In this document: positions 11,935 to 26,400 of the stretch, piece by piece
Numbering within the stretch: the stretch's first letter is position 1
Layout: every line of letters starts with the position of its first letter
Source of the DNA: Antedon mediterranea
Lineage: Eukaryota; Animalia; Echinodermata
Assembly: GCF_964355755.1 (NCBI RefSeq)
Contig: NC_092674.1
Span: forward strand, 25,048,001-25,112,000
Length of the DNA: 64,000 nt
Reading direction: 5' to 3'
Position numbers and translations under genes: made by a program
The notes under the pieces: generated by a model
Seen by the model: only the letters and a program-made list of their open reading frames with translations
Told to the model about the DNA's origin: nothing
Database searches by the model: none

Positions 11935-13337
11935 TAGGCATGGTGTTCGTTCAATGATATTGTAAATAAAATTACAGTGATATGATGAAGTCTAATAATA
12001 GGTTTTCTGCCTCTAGAGGGCGGACCATTTAAATGATGATAAAGAATAGGTACTCTGTCCCTAGAGGACTACTTTATGAGGCTGTTTCTTGTGTGCATTA
12101 CTGATTATGATACAAAAGACAAGGCTTTTTATTAAGAATGAATTTCAGTATAGGAAAACAGAAAATTAGAAAATACAAAAATGATATTTTATTATGAAGC
12201 TCAATATACTAAAGATGATTTGGATGATTGTAGTGTATAAATTAAAACTATATAACTAACGCTTTTAAACATGTAAGAGCCTGTTTACACTATAAAATAT
12301 GAATATTTAATTTATTCTTGGGGAATGAAATATAAGAGAATTTTATCCTATATGTATTATTATTATATGTATAACGGCCTCTATTGATATACCACTTTCC
12401 ATTGATCATCAAATTTGTTTTTCTCAACCATTTTCAATGCAATGATTCTGTTTATAATTATTTTAATTTATATAGTAGTTTATATTTATAGTAGTTGGTA
12501 CTGACCATTGGACCAGAATTTATGCTAATATAGATAGTGTAGCAACTATGCATGTTTGGTGTGTAGTAATAGTAGTGACCCCCACATCACACACATTGTA
12601 TACATATAGACAGTAAAACAAAAAGCATTTCTCGATATTAAATAGTGGTATAATATTTGCTCTTCTCTGACATATTTGTATGTTATGCTATAAGTACAAA
12701 TTGAGAAAAAATTCTTATTTTGGACTCGAACTTACAACCTCTACAGTAGATTACTAGCCTGGAGTTCATAACCCTAACTTAGGTAAACATTTTTCAGAGT
12801 AAGGCAAAAACCTGACCAATTGCTTGGCTCTGGTCTGAAGCAAAGCAACTTAGGCAGTAACTAAACAATTATGTGATTAAATCATTTGTTACTGTTATGT
12901 AATACTATATATATCTTAATTTTATTTATTTTAAAAGCTTGTAAAAAATAAGCAATTAATTGAAATTTAAAAAGAAAATCGATTAATTTAAGTAAAAAGA
13001 TAACCTGAAGATTGTTATAATTGAGCTACTTTCTTTACGTGGAATTTGTTTTACATTTCTGTTTTGATTTTTGTCATATTTGTATAGTATAAACAAGCCA
13101 AACAAGTACTGTATGCCAAAGTATGTGATTTGAAAGATTTTATTGTAGGTTAAAATATCATATCAAAATGCATAACCATATATATGTAATTTGTGTTTTA
13201 AAATTATTTTTAAGAGAGATGTTTAATAAATTTTATTGTGTATGCTTATAGCCATCTTGTTTTTTAAATCATGACATATTTACTAATACAGGATGTCTCC
13301 AGTATGGCACGCCAAACTGTCATTTATTCAAGCAATA

Positions 13338-13680
13338 CAGATATCTTAGTTTTTAATAGAGATATCTTAGTTTTTAATAGAGATATCTTAGTTTTTAATG
13401 GAGATATCTTAGTTTTAAATAGAGATATCTTAGTTTTTAATAGAGATATCTTGGTTTTTAATAGATATCTTAGTTTTAAATAGAGATATCTTAGTTTTAA
13501 ATAGAGATATCTTAGTTTTTAATAGAGATATCTTAGTTTTTAATAGAGATATAGAGTTTTATAGATATCTTCGTTTTAAATAGAGATCTTAGTTTATAAT
13601 AGAGATATCTTAGTTTTAAATGGAGATATCTTATTCTTAATAAAGATATCTCTATTAATAGTGATATCTTAGTTTTAAAC
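13338..13680. repeat. 21-bp minisatellite (AGAGATATCTTAGTTTTTAAT, about 16 copies)
   Basis: Tandem units visible between PANK4 and the SRCR gene. Confidence 0.95.
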
Positions 13681-14170
13681 TTTATTTCAGAATAAATGAC
13701 AGGCCATTATTCTTCCAGTGACCTTCTTTTAGCTTGCCTAATAAAACAAACATAGTAAATCATAAAAACATATTAATTAAAACTTTATAAATTGGCCATT
13801 TATAAGATAATTGTATTATTAATTGAATTAAAATGTTAAATCTATTTTTTTCTTCACTTTTACAAAAATAAAATCAATGGTTTAATTTGTCTAAATTTTA
13901 ATAATCGTATGTGGTGGATTAAAACTGCCTTTGTTTTTTGCACTTTTCAAATTAAAATAAACAAATGAGAAGAATAGAAATTGCAAACATCAAATTCCAT
14001 CAATTGAATTTGGGATAAATTGTTTATTTTTCAATGTTGTGATGAATGATCCAATTAATTTGCACAAAAAAAGAGAGAGTTAGAGGGTTAATTCAGGCAC
14101 ATGATTTGATTTACTTGCACTTTGACCCCTTAAGTTGACAGAACTTCACACTTTCTTCTTTTGTCATTTT

Positions 14171-14180
14171 GGAAGTTTCC
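14171..14180. promoter_or_regulatory. Rel/NF-kB- or ETS-like site upstream of the SRCR gene
   Basis: GGAAGTTTCC, about 130 bp before the ATG at 14310, in a locally GC-richer patch. Confidence 0.3.
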
Positions 14181-14309
14181 GCTCAGCACGTCGGACGTGT
14201 GTGGAGGAGTGAGGACCTCAGAGGGAGAGTACTAATTACGCACAGTATTTATGAGGATTATAATCTTATTGATATGTAGTTTTTTTGAAGTAAAAAAATT
14301 ACCGACACA

Positions 14310-14457
14310 ATGGTATGTTTAAAAAGGAACTCTGAGACTAATAGCTGGACTTTGTATTGGATATTTAAACAGATCTTTATGATGTTTTTAGTCGTGACGC
14401 TGATGATATTTCGTACTGTCAATACTCAGCTGGTCCAGTCAACATTACCACCACCCG
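14310..14457 (+). CDS. Probable first coding exon of the SRCR gene (signal peptide)
   Basis: [49 protein letters not shown] with a hydrophobic core; G|gtaag phase-1 donor matches the phase-1 acceptor at 21158. Confidence 0.7.
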
Positions 14458-17400
14458 GTAAGATAATTGATTTTGTCCCTTGCCACGGTAGATGGATGGC
14501 TGTCTATAGCCTAATAATATTGTGATTTTCTGTCAGCATTTATAATGTGTACGGTAAGCTTTACATAAAATAATATTATTATTATTAATTATCATGTACT
14601 GGTGGTGTATGTAGTTTAGTAGAGTCAAGCAGCTGACTGGTGGTGAATAGGTAGGAGAAAGACTTGCTTGTCAAACTTAATTTTATCGAAATGTGTGGTT
14701 TTGGAGTGACCTTGACATAGGTAGGCCTAGATGATAACGAGGTTGATGAGAGTGTGTGTTGACAAAGCTATTCACTTTCATTTTTCTTGGAAGGTTTTCA
14801 TTGTCTTTTGATATTTTAATTGGTGAACATGTGTATTTTAATACAGTGTGCTTAACTAACATTAACAAAACTAACAATACATTGACAGGATGCATGCTGC
14901 TGAATGGGGAAGCCAAGAATGATGATGGAATCCACAAATAGAGCGAGGAGGTTGAAGAAAACAAGCAAAGAGTATTGCAATACTCCATGTACTTTATTGA
15001 CTATCCCAAACAACAGATCATCCAAAAAATGTATTCATGCTCTTCCCTGTTTTTTCTTCCGAGTGGATGCTCGCAGAATCTTTGCCTGAAGTCCCGTGGC
15101 AAGCACAAATTTACATTTTATTTATTCGGGAAACCTAATAAAGATCCCAAAAAAGGGTTCTTCTGTCTTTTTGACTAGTGTAAGGTGAAAAAAATTGTAA
15201 CCAAGTGCACTAAACAATTGGGTGGACAACCCCATTTAAAAAAATTTAAGTCACCTTCTGACTTTTGATACTATTTTGCCAAAGTTATTGTCAACTTGTG
15301 TGATGCAAAAATTGCCTTTACTTTCATCAATTTAATTTTTAATTTCCTTTTTCAGTCACCAGGTGCTTTCAAATTAGTTCTGTAGTGCCCGCGGCTTATT
15401 AACATTTTTTTAATACGGTTAAAAAATGTATCAATAATATCGTTTTCTCATCTTCTTTAAAAGTCCTGGTCTTTTGCAATTGGAAGCCATTTTAAAACCA
15501 GGTATATATTATTATTACTGCCTTTCCGCTGAAAAGTCTGCCGACATTTCCGCTTGGGCTGCTCCGTAAATCTCTTTTACTAGTTTCTTCCAGTCTGATC
15601 TTTCTTTGGCTAGTTCTTTAAGTTGTTTCATGTCTTTCTTGGTTTTCAATTGTCCGGGATACTTAATGTCTGTATTATGCTTATAAAGGGTGAGTAGGTC
15701 GTTGCTGAGAGTTATTGGTAGGGTGGTTCTCTCGGCCTTCCTCGAAATTTTATATTGGTAGTGTTGCTGAAATAATAGCCTATTGCTGTGTTAGCTGGTG
15801 TACATGGGTCTTGTCTAAGTATGTGACCCAATAGTCTCCATCTTGCGTCGACTATTTCTAATGAAATCGGTTTTGTTCCTGTCCTTCTGTATAAATTTAT
15901 GTTCGATATCCTGTCTGGGAACCTGATACCTATGATTTTGCGAAGTTGCTGTCTGTGAAATGTGTCGAGTTTATGTGCTTCTTCTTTTGTGAGTCCCCAT
16001 GTTTCAGAGTTGTAGAGTAATATACTTTTAACTAGTGAGTTGTACAGCTTGATACGTATTTTTAATTTGATTTTATCTTTTCGAAGCCACATCAAGTTTA
16101 GTTTGGTCATTGCTACACGCGCTAGTTGTTTTCTTCTAATTATGTCTTGTCTGTCCCCAAGGAGCGATCCTACTTTTTTCGTGTTTCTCCATTGTTCTTG
16201 TATGTCCTCTTTTTCTCGTCTTACGATAGTGTGTTCTGTTTTTTCTTTATTTACATTTAAGTTGAAAGTTGATAAATGGCGTTCTAATTCGTTTACATTA
16301 TGCTTGCTGTTTAGACTAAAAAAATCTACATCATCAGCATATGATATCTCTTGAGGTATTTCTGTTTGGATAATTGTTCTGATTCCTCGTAGCGCAGACT
16401 CAAGGTAAACAGTGAATAAGACCGGGCTTAAGCTATCTCCTTGAGGGGTGCCGATGTTGGTTTGGAATATTGGCTGTTCTTTTGCACCTTTTATTTTTAG
16501 ATTTAGTCCGGTTTCACTCAGCAGAAATCTAACGATCCTAAGTTCATCTTCGTCTATAATATGTTTGAGTATGTCGAGGAGTTTGTTTCTATCCACGGTG
16601 TCAAACGCGCTTGACATATCTATACCGGTTATGTAAATATTTATTTTTTCTTTTTGTGCTTTCTATAAGCCATCAATGTGTAAAAACAATATCACTTGTG
16701 CTTCTGCCTTTGCGAAACCCACTTTGGCTTTGTGGTAAGAATGCGTCTACTTTCGATGTAATTCTATCCAGTGTTATAAGCGATAGGCACTTGCGTATGG
16801 TGTTAAGTAGAATAACAGGTCGTAAATTCTTAGTTGGACCCTTTTCCTTACCCGGTTTTGGTAGTGCTATGAGTGTTCCTTTATTAATATCCACGAATTC
16901 ATGTTTTGTAAATATTTGATTTAAAATGTCTGAAATCATTGGAGCTACAGTAGAACAGTGGAACCGTATTTTAGTACCGGTAGTTCTCCTGGGATACCAT
17001 CCAATCCTCACCTGTTGCTCGACTGTTGTTTAGGCGTTTAAGACTCTTGGTATATGTATAGAGTATTACACCTCTCAGTCGGTCATTGTACTAGAATATT
17101 TAACTTGGTACAAGAGAGTATTCATTTATTTGTTTTATTTGTTTAATAGGAGACATATTGTTTATTTAACCTGTTTACATTAGTTATTAAAGTGAACAAT
17201 TGCAAATACCAAGAGTATCTGTTGTTATGCAGCTAACCAGAAGAACAGTTTATTCACAATTACACGATTTCCGTGCTAAAACATCTTAGCTTTGTCCACA
17301 CTATCAAACTAGTTTGACAAACAATGTGTGATGTGCCCAAATATGGCAGTTATACGGCCAAATATGGTAGTGATATGACATCATCATGTCCATGAACACA

Positions 17401-20400
17401 TCAATGCATTTTTTGTCACATAAAGTTTGATAGTGTAGACAGAGAAATGATGACTCCATATCATTATTGTAGTATCTGTATTTGCATCTGGAATACATGT
17501 TATTTTAAAAATCGTAAAGCCCAAACGAGAGACCTGTCGTCGATGATAAAAAATTGTAACTTGAAAATCTTCTTTGAAGATTTACCCACATCACATATCT
17601 TTCATCAGTATGGACTTGTCATGAGAACGTCAAGATCCATTTTCGATGGGAACGTGTGGGAATATCAGTATATCCATTTTCAATGGGAACGTGTGGGGAT
17701 ATCAGTATATCCATTTTCAATGGAAACGTGTGGGGATATCAGTATCCATTTTCAATGGAAACGTGTGGGGATATCAGTATCCATTTTCAATGGGAACGTG
17801 TGGGGATATCAGTATATCCATTTTCAATGGGAACGTGTGGGGATATCAGTATATCCATTTTCAATGGGAACGTGTGGGGATATCAGTATATCCATTTTCA
17901 ATGGGAACGTGTGGGGATATCAGTATATCCATTTTCTATAAGCAACAACAAAATAAATTTGAACTAGGTGTTCTTTCCCAAAAGTAAAATAGCATACAAT
18001 TTATTTGGTGTTGAATGTTGTAAGACTGAGTGAGTGAGTGGCCGAGCGGTTAAGACAGTGGAACCGTAATTACGTAGCCATAACATTGGCAGGGGTTCAG
18101 TGTACACATCTAGCTCGTGTGCACTTTAAAGAACCTAGTACATCTTTCGAGACGAGTAGGGGGTTACCCCGGTGTATTAGTACATCACAGCCACTGATCA
18201 CCTCTGGGAGACCAGTCTTTGACTGAAGAGGTTACCCAGTATAAATATAAATTTCAATCAATTCAATCAAGACTGTTAAAACTTGTTAAATTGTGTTTGA
18301 TGTTTTCATCTGTGTCTATTATAATTGCTATGTACAGTATATTGCTAAATGCAAATCATACTGTAGACATGTTTTTATTATTCTGAAACATTTTTTTGCA
18401 AACTTTTGGTTTTGCCATTTAAATATGTTTGTAAAATATGTGCCAGCGGCTGTTTGTGTAGTTATACTGTATGTGATTTTTAAAAAAAACATTTATTGTG
18501 TGATTAAAATACTTTGTAAATTGATATAACACTTGTAAATCAAAATACTATAGGCCTAATACTTTTGCTTCAAATAATTCCAACATATTTCTAGTTTATT
18601 TTTGTAAAAATACTCACCTGCGTTTCAAATCTATGTTAAACCTCTTTGGATTTTGTTGGTTTTGAGAACTTGGATTGACCCTTTGTAACCTGATTATTTG
18701 TATGGGAAGTTGAATTCCTCATCAATCATTTTAAATGTGTATTTTGTCATAACAAACAAGTGTTTTTCATGGAATTAGTCCAGTATTAATTTAAACATTG
18801 TTACATTGCAACTTATTGGAATGTATGGTACTGTCTTACTATGTAAATGTAAGGGAACAACCTGAACAAACTTTGAATACACCATTTTGTAGTTTTTTCA
18901 TGGAATTAGTCCAGTATTAATTTAAACATTGTTACATTGCAACTTATTGGAATGTACGGTACTGTCTTACTATGTAAATGTAAGGGAACAACCTGAACAA
19001 ACTATGAATAGACCATTTTGTAGTTTTAATAAAACTATTCACTTTTTGGAAAACAAAATTGAATAAAAATAATGATTTTGTTTAATATTTTTATACCAAG
19101 AATTCAACAAAACGGGCAAAAATTGCCGCACACTAGGCCAGAGTTTAGCTGGTATGAAAAGGGCACTTCATGCACAGAAAAAATTCATTTCATTCCCAGG
19201 CTACTGTAAGTGCTTGTTAAGCCACAAACAAATAAAAGCTGTAATAATACCCACAGTACAGTACAGTTGATTTTTAATTTCTTTTTTATAATGTACAGTA
19301 TCTTGTAAAAATATAAATGGCCTTCATTAATATAGATTAGACTAATAAAGTAATAGACTATTACTCAGTGTACTAAACTTTTAACTGCATAGTTTATGTC
19401 ATATGTAATGTTCTCATATAACATGATATACCTGTAGGCCTATCTCATCATTTAAATGTAATGTATACATTCTGTAGATAAAAAAAGGTTTATGGCCTAT
19501 AATGATGTGAACACTATAATATTTACATCTTGAAGTGTTGTAAATAAGCAACCCATAACATTGTCATCTCAGATTTATGGTAGCTGATTTTATATATACC
19601 AGTAGGGAAAAAGAATCAGCCTACCAAAAAAATTGACTAATAATACTGTATATCCTCTGGTATAATTCCACCCCCTAGAAAACGAAATTGGGCCGACTTT
19701 GCGGGGTGAGACTATACCCAGGAAATCCCTGGTTCAAGAAAAAAATAATTGGTTTAATTTCATTTCTTGTAAAACTTATTTGAACTGGCTAGAGAGAGGC
19801 CTAAATCCAGACCAAATGTCAATACTGAGACTATACCTGGAGATATGCATGTTTGTGAAATCAGACATAAAGTATAGGTGGGATTAGACCTGAGGATGGT
19901 ATGTACTGTATCTGAACAAATAGTACTTAATAGATAGAAGTTTTTCCCCTAAAAAAAAAAATTATTTTCTGTTGAATATATTTTAATGTCATATAATAGT
20001 ATTCACTTTGACCAAAAATGTTTGGTCAGACAATAGTTTTTGGTTAAAATTAACTTTAAATAAGTGAAATAATTTTTTTTTTTTTTACAGAAGTGAATAG
20101 CGTAATTAAAAAACTGCAAAATTGTCTATTAAAGTCTGATTTCTTTAATCTTCAATTTTTATGTTTTTGAGGGACAATACATCTTTAAAGTCTGATTGTA
20201 TTAATCTTTATTTTTCATCTTTTGTTGGACAATACATCTTTAAAGTCTGATTTTATTAATCTTCATTTTTTATTTTTTTGGGGAACAATACATCTTTAAA
20301 GTCTGATTTTAAAAATCTTTATTTTTCATGTTTTAGGGGAGCAATACATCTTTAAAGTCTGATTTATTAATCTCTATTTTTTATGTTTTTGCTGGGGGAC

Positions 20401-23400
20401 AATACATCTTTAAATGTGAAAGTTAACAATTCCAGTTATCAGTGTTTATGTGTTCCAAGTCCACCAACAGTGATTATAAACTGAAAGAATAACAAACTTG
20501 TCCGGGTTGTGCACAACTCAAGAAGGCCTTTCGCATTGTAAAGGTGTTGAACTTGCAATTGTTATTGTTTTCTTTGCAATGATCCATTGTTATTATGTCG
20601 GGTTTCTCAGTTCACTTCCAACAATCAGTCACCAGGAGTTAGTTATTGAAAGGGGCTATTGGGAAATTCACTTGAACTTTCCTATTCAGTGTCTCTTCAA
20701 GGATTTAGGTCCTGTTTCTGCTGCATAAAAATAACCGGTGAATAAATAGGAGCAGAAACAGGACAATTTTTAGTAACCGGTTAAATGGCAGCGCAAAAAT
20801 AGCGGTTAAAAACACCCATTCAATTCGATGATAGAAAGCCATTTAACCGGTTATTGCTGGGCAATTTTTAGCTGCAACACAAAATAATGGTTATTTGATT
20901 GACAGCTGCTGACCTTAAGTCAACTACACTGCAGTAACGTTTGAATTAACCGCCAGGACCAATTGCATTTTGGGTAATTCTAACGATTTTTGTCAACGAC
21001 CACCCACTGATTTAAATGGTTATTTTGAAGCAAAAATTGAGCAGAAATGCAGTCAATATAAAAATTACATTTTAAGTATTTTTTTAAATAAACCGCTTAT
21101 GCAGTAGAAACAGATCCATAATCAGTCAGTTTATTATTGTTTCCCATTGTATCTTAGTTAATGGAGATATAAGGCTTAGTGATGGCATGAACTCATTAGA
21201 GGGCCGAGTTGAGGTTTTTTATGACGGATTGTGGGGTACAATTTGTGACGATGATTGGGGGATCCAAGATGCAGATGTTGTTTGCAGACAACTTGGATAC
21301 AACATGGCTGCCAGGTGAGTTACTGAATGAACTTTGAATTCTCAAAAAGCAACACAAAAACTTTCCCTGTACTGCAAACAAATTCATATCCTACAAATAT
21401 ATCAACAGGCCTACTGCTGTAGTAAATTTTCAGTAGTTGGATTGGTACTGTAGCTGTCTTTGCATTGTCAGCATCCCTCGTGGAAATTTGTACCTGTTAG
21501 ATCTTTAACATTAAGAAGTGATTTTTACTGTACAGGTATAAGCTGGTCACCTTAAAGGCCAATTTCAACAGTAACGGTAATAAAAATATAGAATCTGTGT
21601 CATTTTACGTGGGATAAGCTACGTGGTTCCGCAAGTACCGTTACTGTAAATTGGCCTTAACTTTAATAAATATGACTTGTAGAGCCCAGCCAACAAATTA
21701 TTACCCAGATGATTATGGTTTTCTTTTTTTTAAAACCAATAATTCAGGAGCATTATTCAGAAAGTAGTCTGGGGCTTTAGGGCATTTATCATGACCTTAA
21801 CCTCTTCAAGCTCTCTAGGTTTTAGCATATATCCCTTCACTGTATGGCACCCTATTTTATTTAGTTTGACAAATATACTGTACTGTATATTTGTTAAGCA
21901 CTTTAGGCTTCACCTGATTGACAGACCATTCTTGGGGCTTGAGTCAATCATTGGTCTCCTTTCTGCACAGGCAACTTGTCCCCTGTGGTGTTATTGGTAA
22001 GCTGTAAAATACTGGAGTGCAATTATACTGTCATTTATTCCAGTTCGTTGACTTTCACTCAATTTGATTTTTTATTTGTTTAACTTCTTGTGTATCTTAT
22101 GAAAACCCTATCTGGTTTGTTTAGTTGATATAAAAATTTATAACGTGTAATGGACCAGACAATTGGTACCTCTTCTTTCCTTGTTTAAACCACCATAATT
22201 GTCATTTTCCCTTCTCTCCAAAATGAATAAAATCAAGATTTTGTGATTAACATATTGACAGCTACTATAGTTATAGTATAGTACAGTATAGTTCCTATAG
22301 TATAGGAATTTTCGCATTGAGTAAGAAGAATTGTTCACTCTGATTTTAAAGTTATACTTCTCTAGAATGGTGCCAAATGTGCTCAATAGAAAATGATGTA
22401 GCAAACCCTTAAAGATGTATTGTCCCCCTGAAAATATAATTCTTACAAAATTTTTGTTGAATATGCCATTTTAATGTAACATAATAGTTATCCACTTTGA
22501 CCAAAAATTGGATCGAAAAAAAATGTATTTACCTGAAAAAAATTTAAAGCAAAAAATGGTCAAATTGGCTGCCAGCAAATGGATTTTTTGTTGAATTTAA
22601 CCATTTATCATGTTTTTGTTTTTTTTCTACGGAAGTGATTCACTTTATTAAAACTAGTCTGATTTAATTAATCTTCATTTTTCATGTTTTTGGAGGACGA
22701 TACATCTTCTTTAAGTGTATGATGGTAGTACAAACCATCAAAGCTCAGATCTTGACGTTACTACTTAATTTCATTCATTGCAATGCGCCATGAGAATTTA
22801 ATTTGTTAATTTGAAAACCGGCACCACTTATTATGTTTTGGTTGAATTGAAGAAACCATAATGTTGCAGAGCTTTGTATTTCCGTGGAACTCAACACGTA
22901 CTGTATAGTAACCAGTAATTATTGGCGGATCCAAGATTTTAAAATAGGGGGAGTGAGAGGAGCCCCCTTGAATCTGCCTATGCGAAGAATAGCTTTTTTG
23001 ATTGAATTACATGTGTTTTTTTAACATTTTTTTTAAACATTTTTATTTGATATTTACTGTAGGTTGGGTTGCTGTTTGTCATTTGGCCCAGGGACTGGAC
23101 CAATACATATGGACAACGTAGAATGTAGCGGGGATGAAAATTCAATAAAGAAATGTCTTTTTAATGATTGGGGGCGCCATAACTGTGGCCATTGGGAGGA
23201 TGCTGGTGTTGTATGTGCAAGTAAGTATTACGATAATCCCCTATTAAGGGGACAGACGCATTCCGGACCCAACAAAGTGTCCGCTTAATTTGAGTGTTCC
23301 CTGAATAGGAGTTAGCTGTAGTGTGAAAACATATGTTGCCCCTTGTTTGTCGCACAGAAAAATGTTGGCCAAATAGAAGTCTCCTGAATAATAGTGTCCT

Positions 23401-26400
23401 AAAGAAGGGATAAGTCTCCTGTAATCAAATAATTGTATTTATAGTCGTTGTCATGGTATATCTCTAATATGGTTTTGCCATGGGTATGAAATATATATAA
23501 AATTTGTACTAAGTTCTCCAATTTTAATTATAAAAAATTACAAACTTAGGCAACACTTGATCATAAATACAAAATGTCAGTTGTATATATTTTTATTAAA
23601 AAGCATTTTTTTTTGTAGATCCAATTAGGCTATCCGATGGGTCAACAGCTTTGGACGGTAGAGTAGAGGTGTTTATGAATGGCCACTGGGGAACCATATG
23701 CAATAGAAACTGGGATATTAACGATTCGTATGTGGTATGTCGAATGTTAGGCGGGTACTCGGCCAATGAACATATACAAAGGGTTAAGCCTGGCAAAGGC
23801 ACTGTACAGTTAGACAATGTGAATTGCACTGGAACGGAAGCGTCGATTGAGCAATGTGAGAAAGCTTCCGGGAGTAGTGTGGACGTACGCTGTCGGGATC
23901 ATAGTAGGGATGTAGGTGTCAATTGTACAAGTGAGTACTATATAGGACAATGTGAAACCAAAACAAGTACAGTACAATAAAACTGAGTGATTTTAAAACT
24001 AAACATCGTCATACAGAATGTTTTTATCTACAGTAAACAATAATTAACATAATTATGGTTTATATGCAAAATTGTTTTATATTAAAAGATAAGGAATATT
24101 ATGGGGTTTTTTTTCAAAAATATGTTACCGAAAAAGGAAAATATATTGTAGGAAAGTCCATTAAATTTCATTATTTATTTATTTATTCAAGATCCAACAG
24201 TGTAAAACACCAAAACAGGATCGCCATAAAATATACATTTGATTTACATAAAAAAGAACAAGGAACAAACAGATTTATATATTATTAAAAATGACATTAA
24301 AAGCAGAAGTATTACAACTAAAAATATTGATGTAAGGAAACATTTGAACTAATCTATTATAAAATGGGCAACCCGACAAAAAATACCGTTTTTAAGAAAG
24401 TTTGTAGGCCCACTCCCACAAATATCCTTTTAAGATTACAAATTGCATTATGAGATGTTTTGATCGAAAACTTTGAACAAAAAAACATTTGTTTTATCAG
24501 TTAAATGATTTGTTTTTGGACTAATTTTTGGTGAAAGTTAATAACTATTATGATACTACAAAATGACCCACTTTTTTCAAAAAGGACAATACATCTTTAA
24601 CACTCAGGGCTCATTTATATGATATTGATTATAATAAGGGGTGCTGTGGTTTAAATTTAAATGTAGTGACAGGGTTGAAAAAGATTCCGTAGAAATAAAT
24701 TAATTTATGATTTTAGAATATATACGATTAGTAAATGGAAGCCACCCACTAGAAGGCAGATTGGAAGTGTTATACAATAACCAATGGGGTACTGTCTGCG
24801 ATGACCAATTCTCTGCCAGCGATGCTGAAGTTGTTTGTCGCCATCTTGGTAACTACATTACCAGCTCGTTGAACGCGTATTCATGCTGTGCATTGTTTGG
24901 CAAGGGCGTAGGGCCGATACTTCTCAGCGGCTTGACATGTACTGGACAAGAACGACGAGTTGAAGACTGCATTTTCCAAGGAAATGATCCGGTTTGTCAA
25001 CACAACCGAGACGTTAGCATTCACTGCTCAGGTATTACACTATCCAAATTTAGTTGGTTTTTTAAAGTTGAATAATTAAATTAGTAACTTGGTTTTATTG
25101 TTATACATACAGAAACATAAGACAATGTGTAGAATGACTTTTACACCCAATAGCTGTGTCGTCAAGTGGCATGTTGTGAAAACATATGGTCGCTTTTATA
25201 AAACCAAACAACCATTAAAGTTGCCTCTCCGGTATATTTATGCTCCGTTTAATCTTGGTAACCTTTCAAGTAAAAATATTGGTATTATGGTTAGAGTTTA
25301 CTTAAAATCAAATTAGAACAGTACTTTTATTTTTTATTTTTTAATTACAGTATGTATTGGCTATAACGGTTTCTTCTATTAATTGAATGGGTATCCGAAG
25401 GAACTAATAATTCCGTCTAGTACAGCCCTGCCAAAAACAGATATTTTAAAAACTTGATTATCAAACTTTTAATATACTACTATTTTAGATATACGGTTGG
25501 TTGAAGATCAGGATAGCCTTCAAGGCAAACTTGAATTTATCGAAAATCTTCAATGGGGTGAGATCTGTGCTGATGACTGGGATATCAATGACGCCAATGT
25601 AGCATGTAGGCAGTTATTTAACACGAGTGCGCTCTCTGTATACGTGAGAGACACTCGGTCAAGCAGACAGCCTTTGTTTGGTGGCTTTAATTGCAATGGA
25701 ACTGAATCTAGGCTATCCGATTGCCCACGGTCATCGTATGTCAGATGTACAGGTCAACACCTGGCTGGTATAAAATGTGATGGTAAGATACAAATGTCTT
25801 AGAGCTGCTCTGACCATAATATATACATATCTGATGAGCATCTTTGTAACTCTGTCCCACCTTCGCCAATCTGTGTCTGCATATAGATCTATTGAAGTTT
25901 AAAATGTGGCGTCCTAAAACATGAACCGCTGTTATGCAGTATTGCCTTTACTTTGTAAACGTACATGTGGGAGAATAACCTGCAGCCTCAATGCGCTGAA
26001 TTGCACACATTTGTGTAAATCACGACAACAGGAGCTGAGATAGACCAGTACACCGGGGTAACCCCCTGAAAGGTGCACTGTGTTCTTTAAAGTACACACA
26101 AGCCAGATGTGTACAGTTTCCTTATCCGAGAAGACTTGTTCTACCACCAGAACCACGGCTGAGGAGAGCCTTGCTTTTATGGCTATGGTTTCCAGCTCAC
26201 TTCCCTGAACTCGTTTACTTTGATGATTATTAAAAAATATATCTTCATCATCATTTACTTTCTGTTTCTTTTTTACCAGCCGTGATCAAAATTCGTCTAC
26301 AAGATGGACCGAATGAGTTGGAAGGACGCGTCGAGGTATTTTATAATAATGAATGGGGCACTGTATGTGATGATGGTTGGAGCATACAAGAAGCGGCTGT

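Noticed and set aside
14683-15178. Short ORFs in SRCR intron 1
   Set aside because: No recognisable motifs and no compatible splice sites found.
16040-16919. Plus-strand ORFs overlapping the LINE
   Set aside because: Antisense shadows of the reverse transcriptase frame.
17636-17936. 36-37-bp repeats resembling a CRISPR array; ORFs 17447-17987
   Set aside because: Units are directly adjacent with no unique spacers, there are no cas genes, and the context is a eukaryotic intron. The ORFs are repeat translations.
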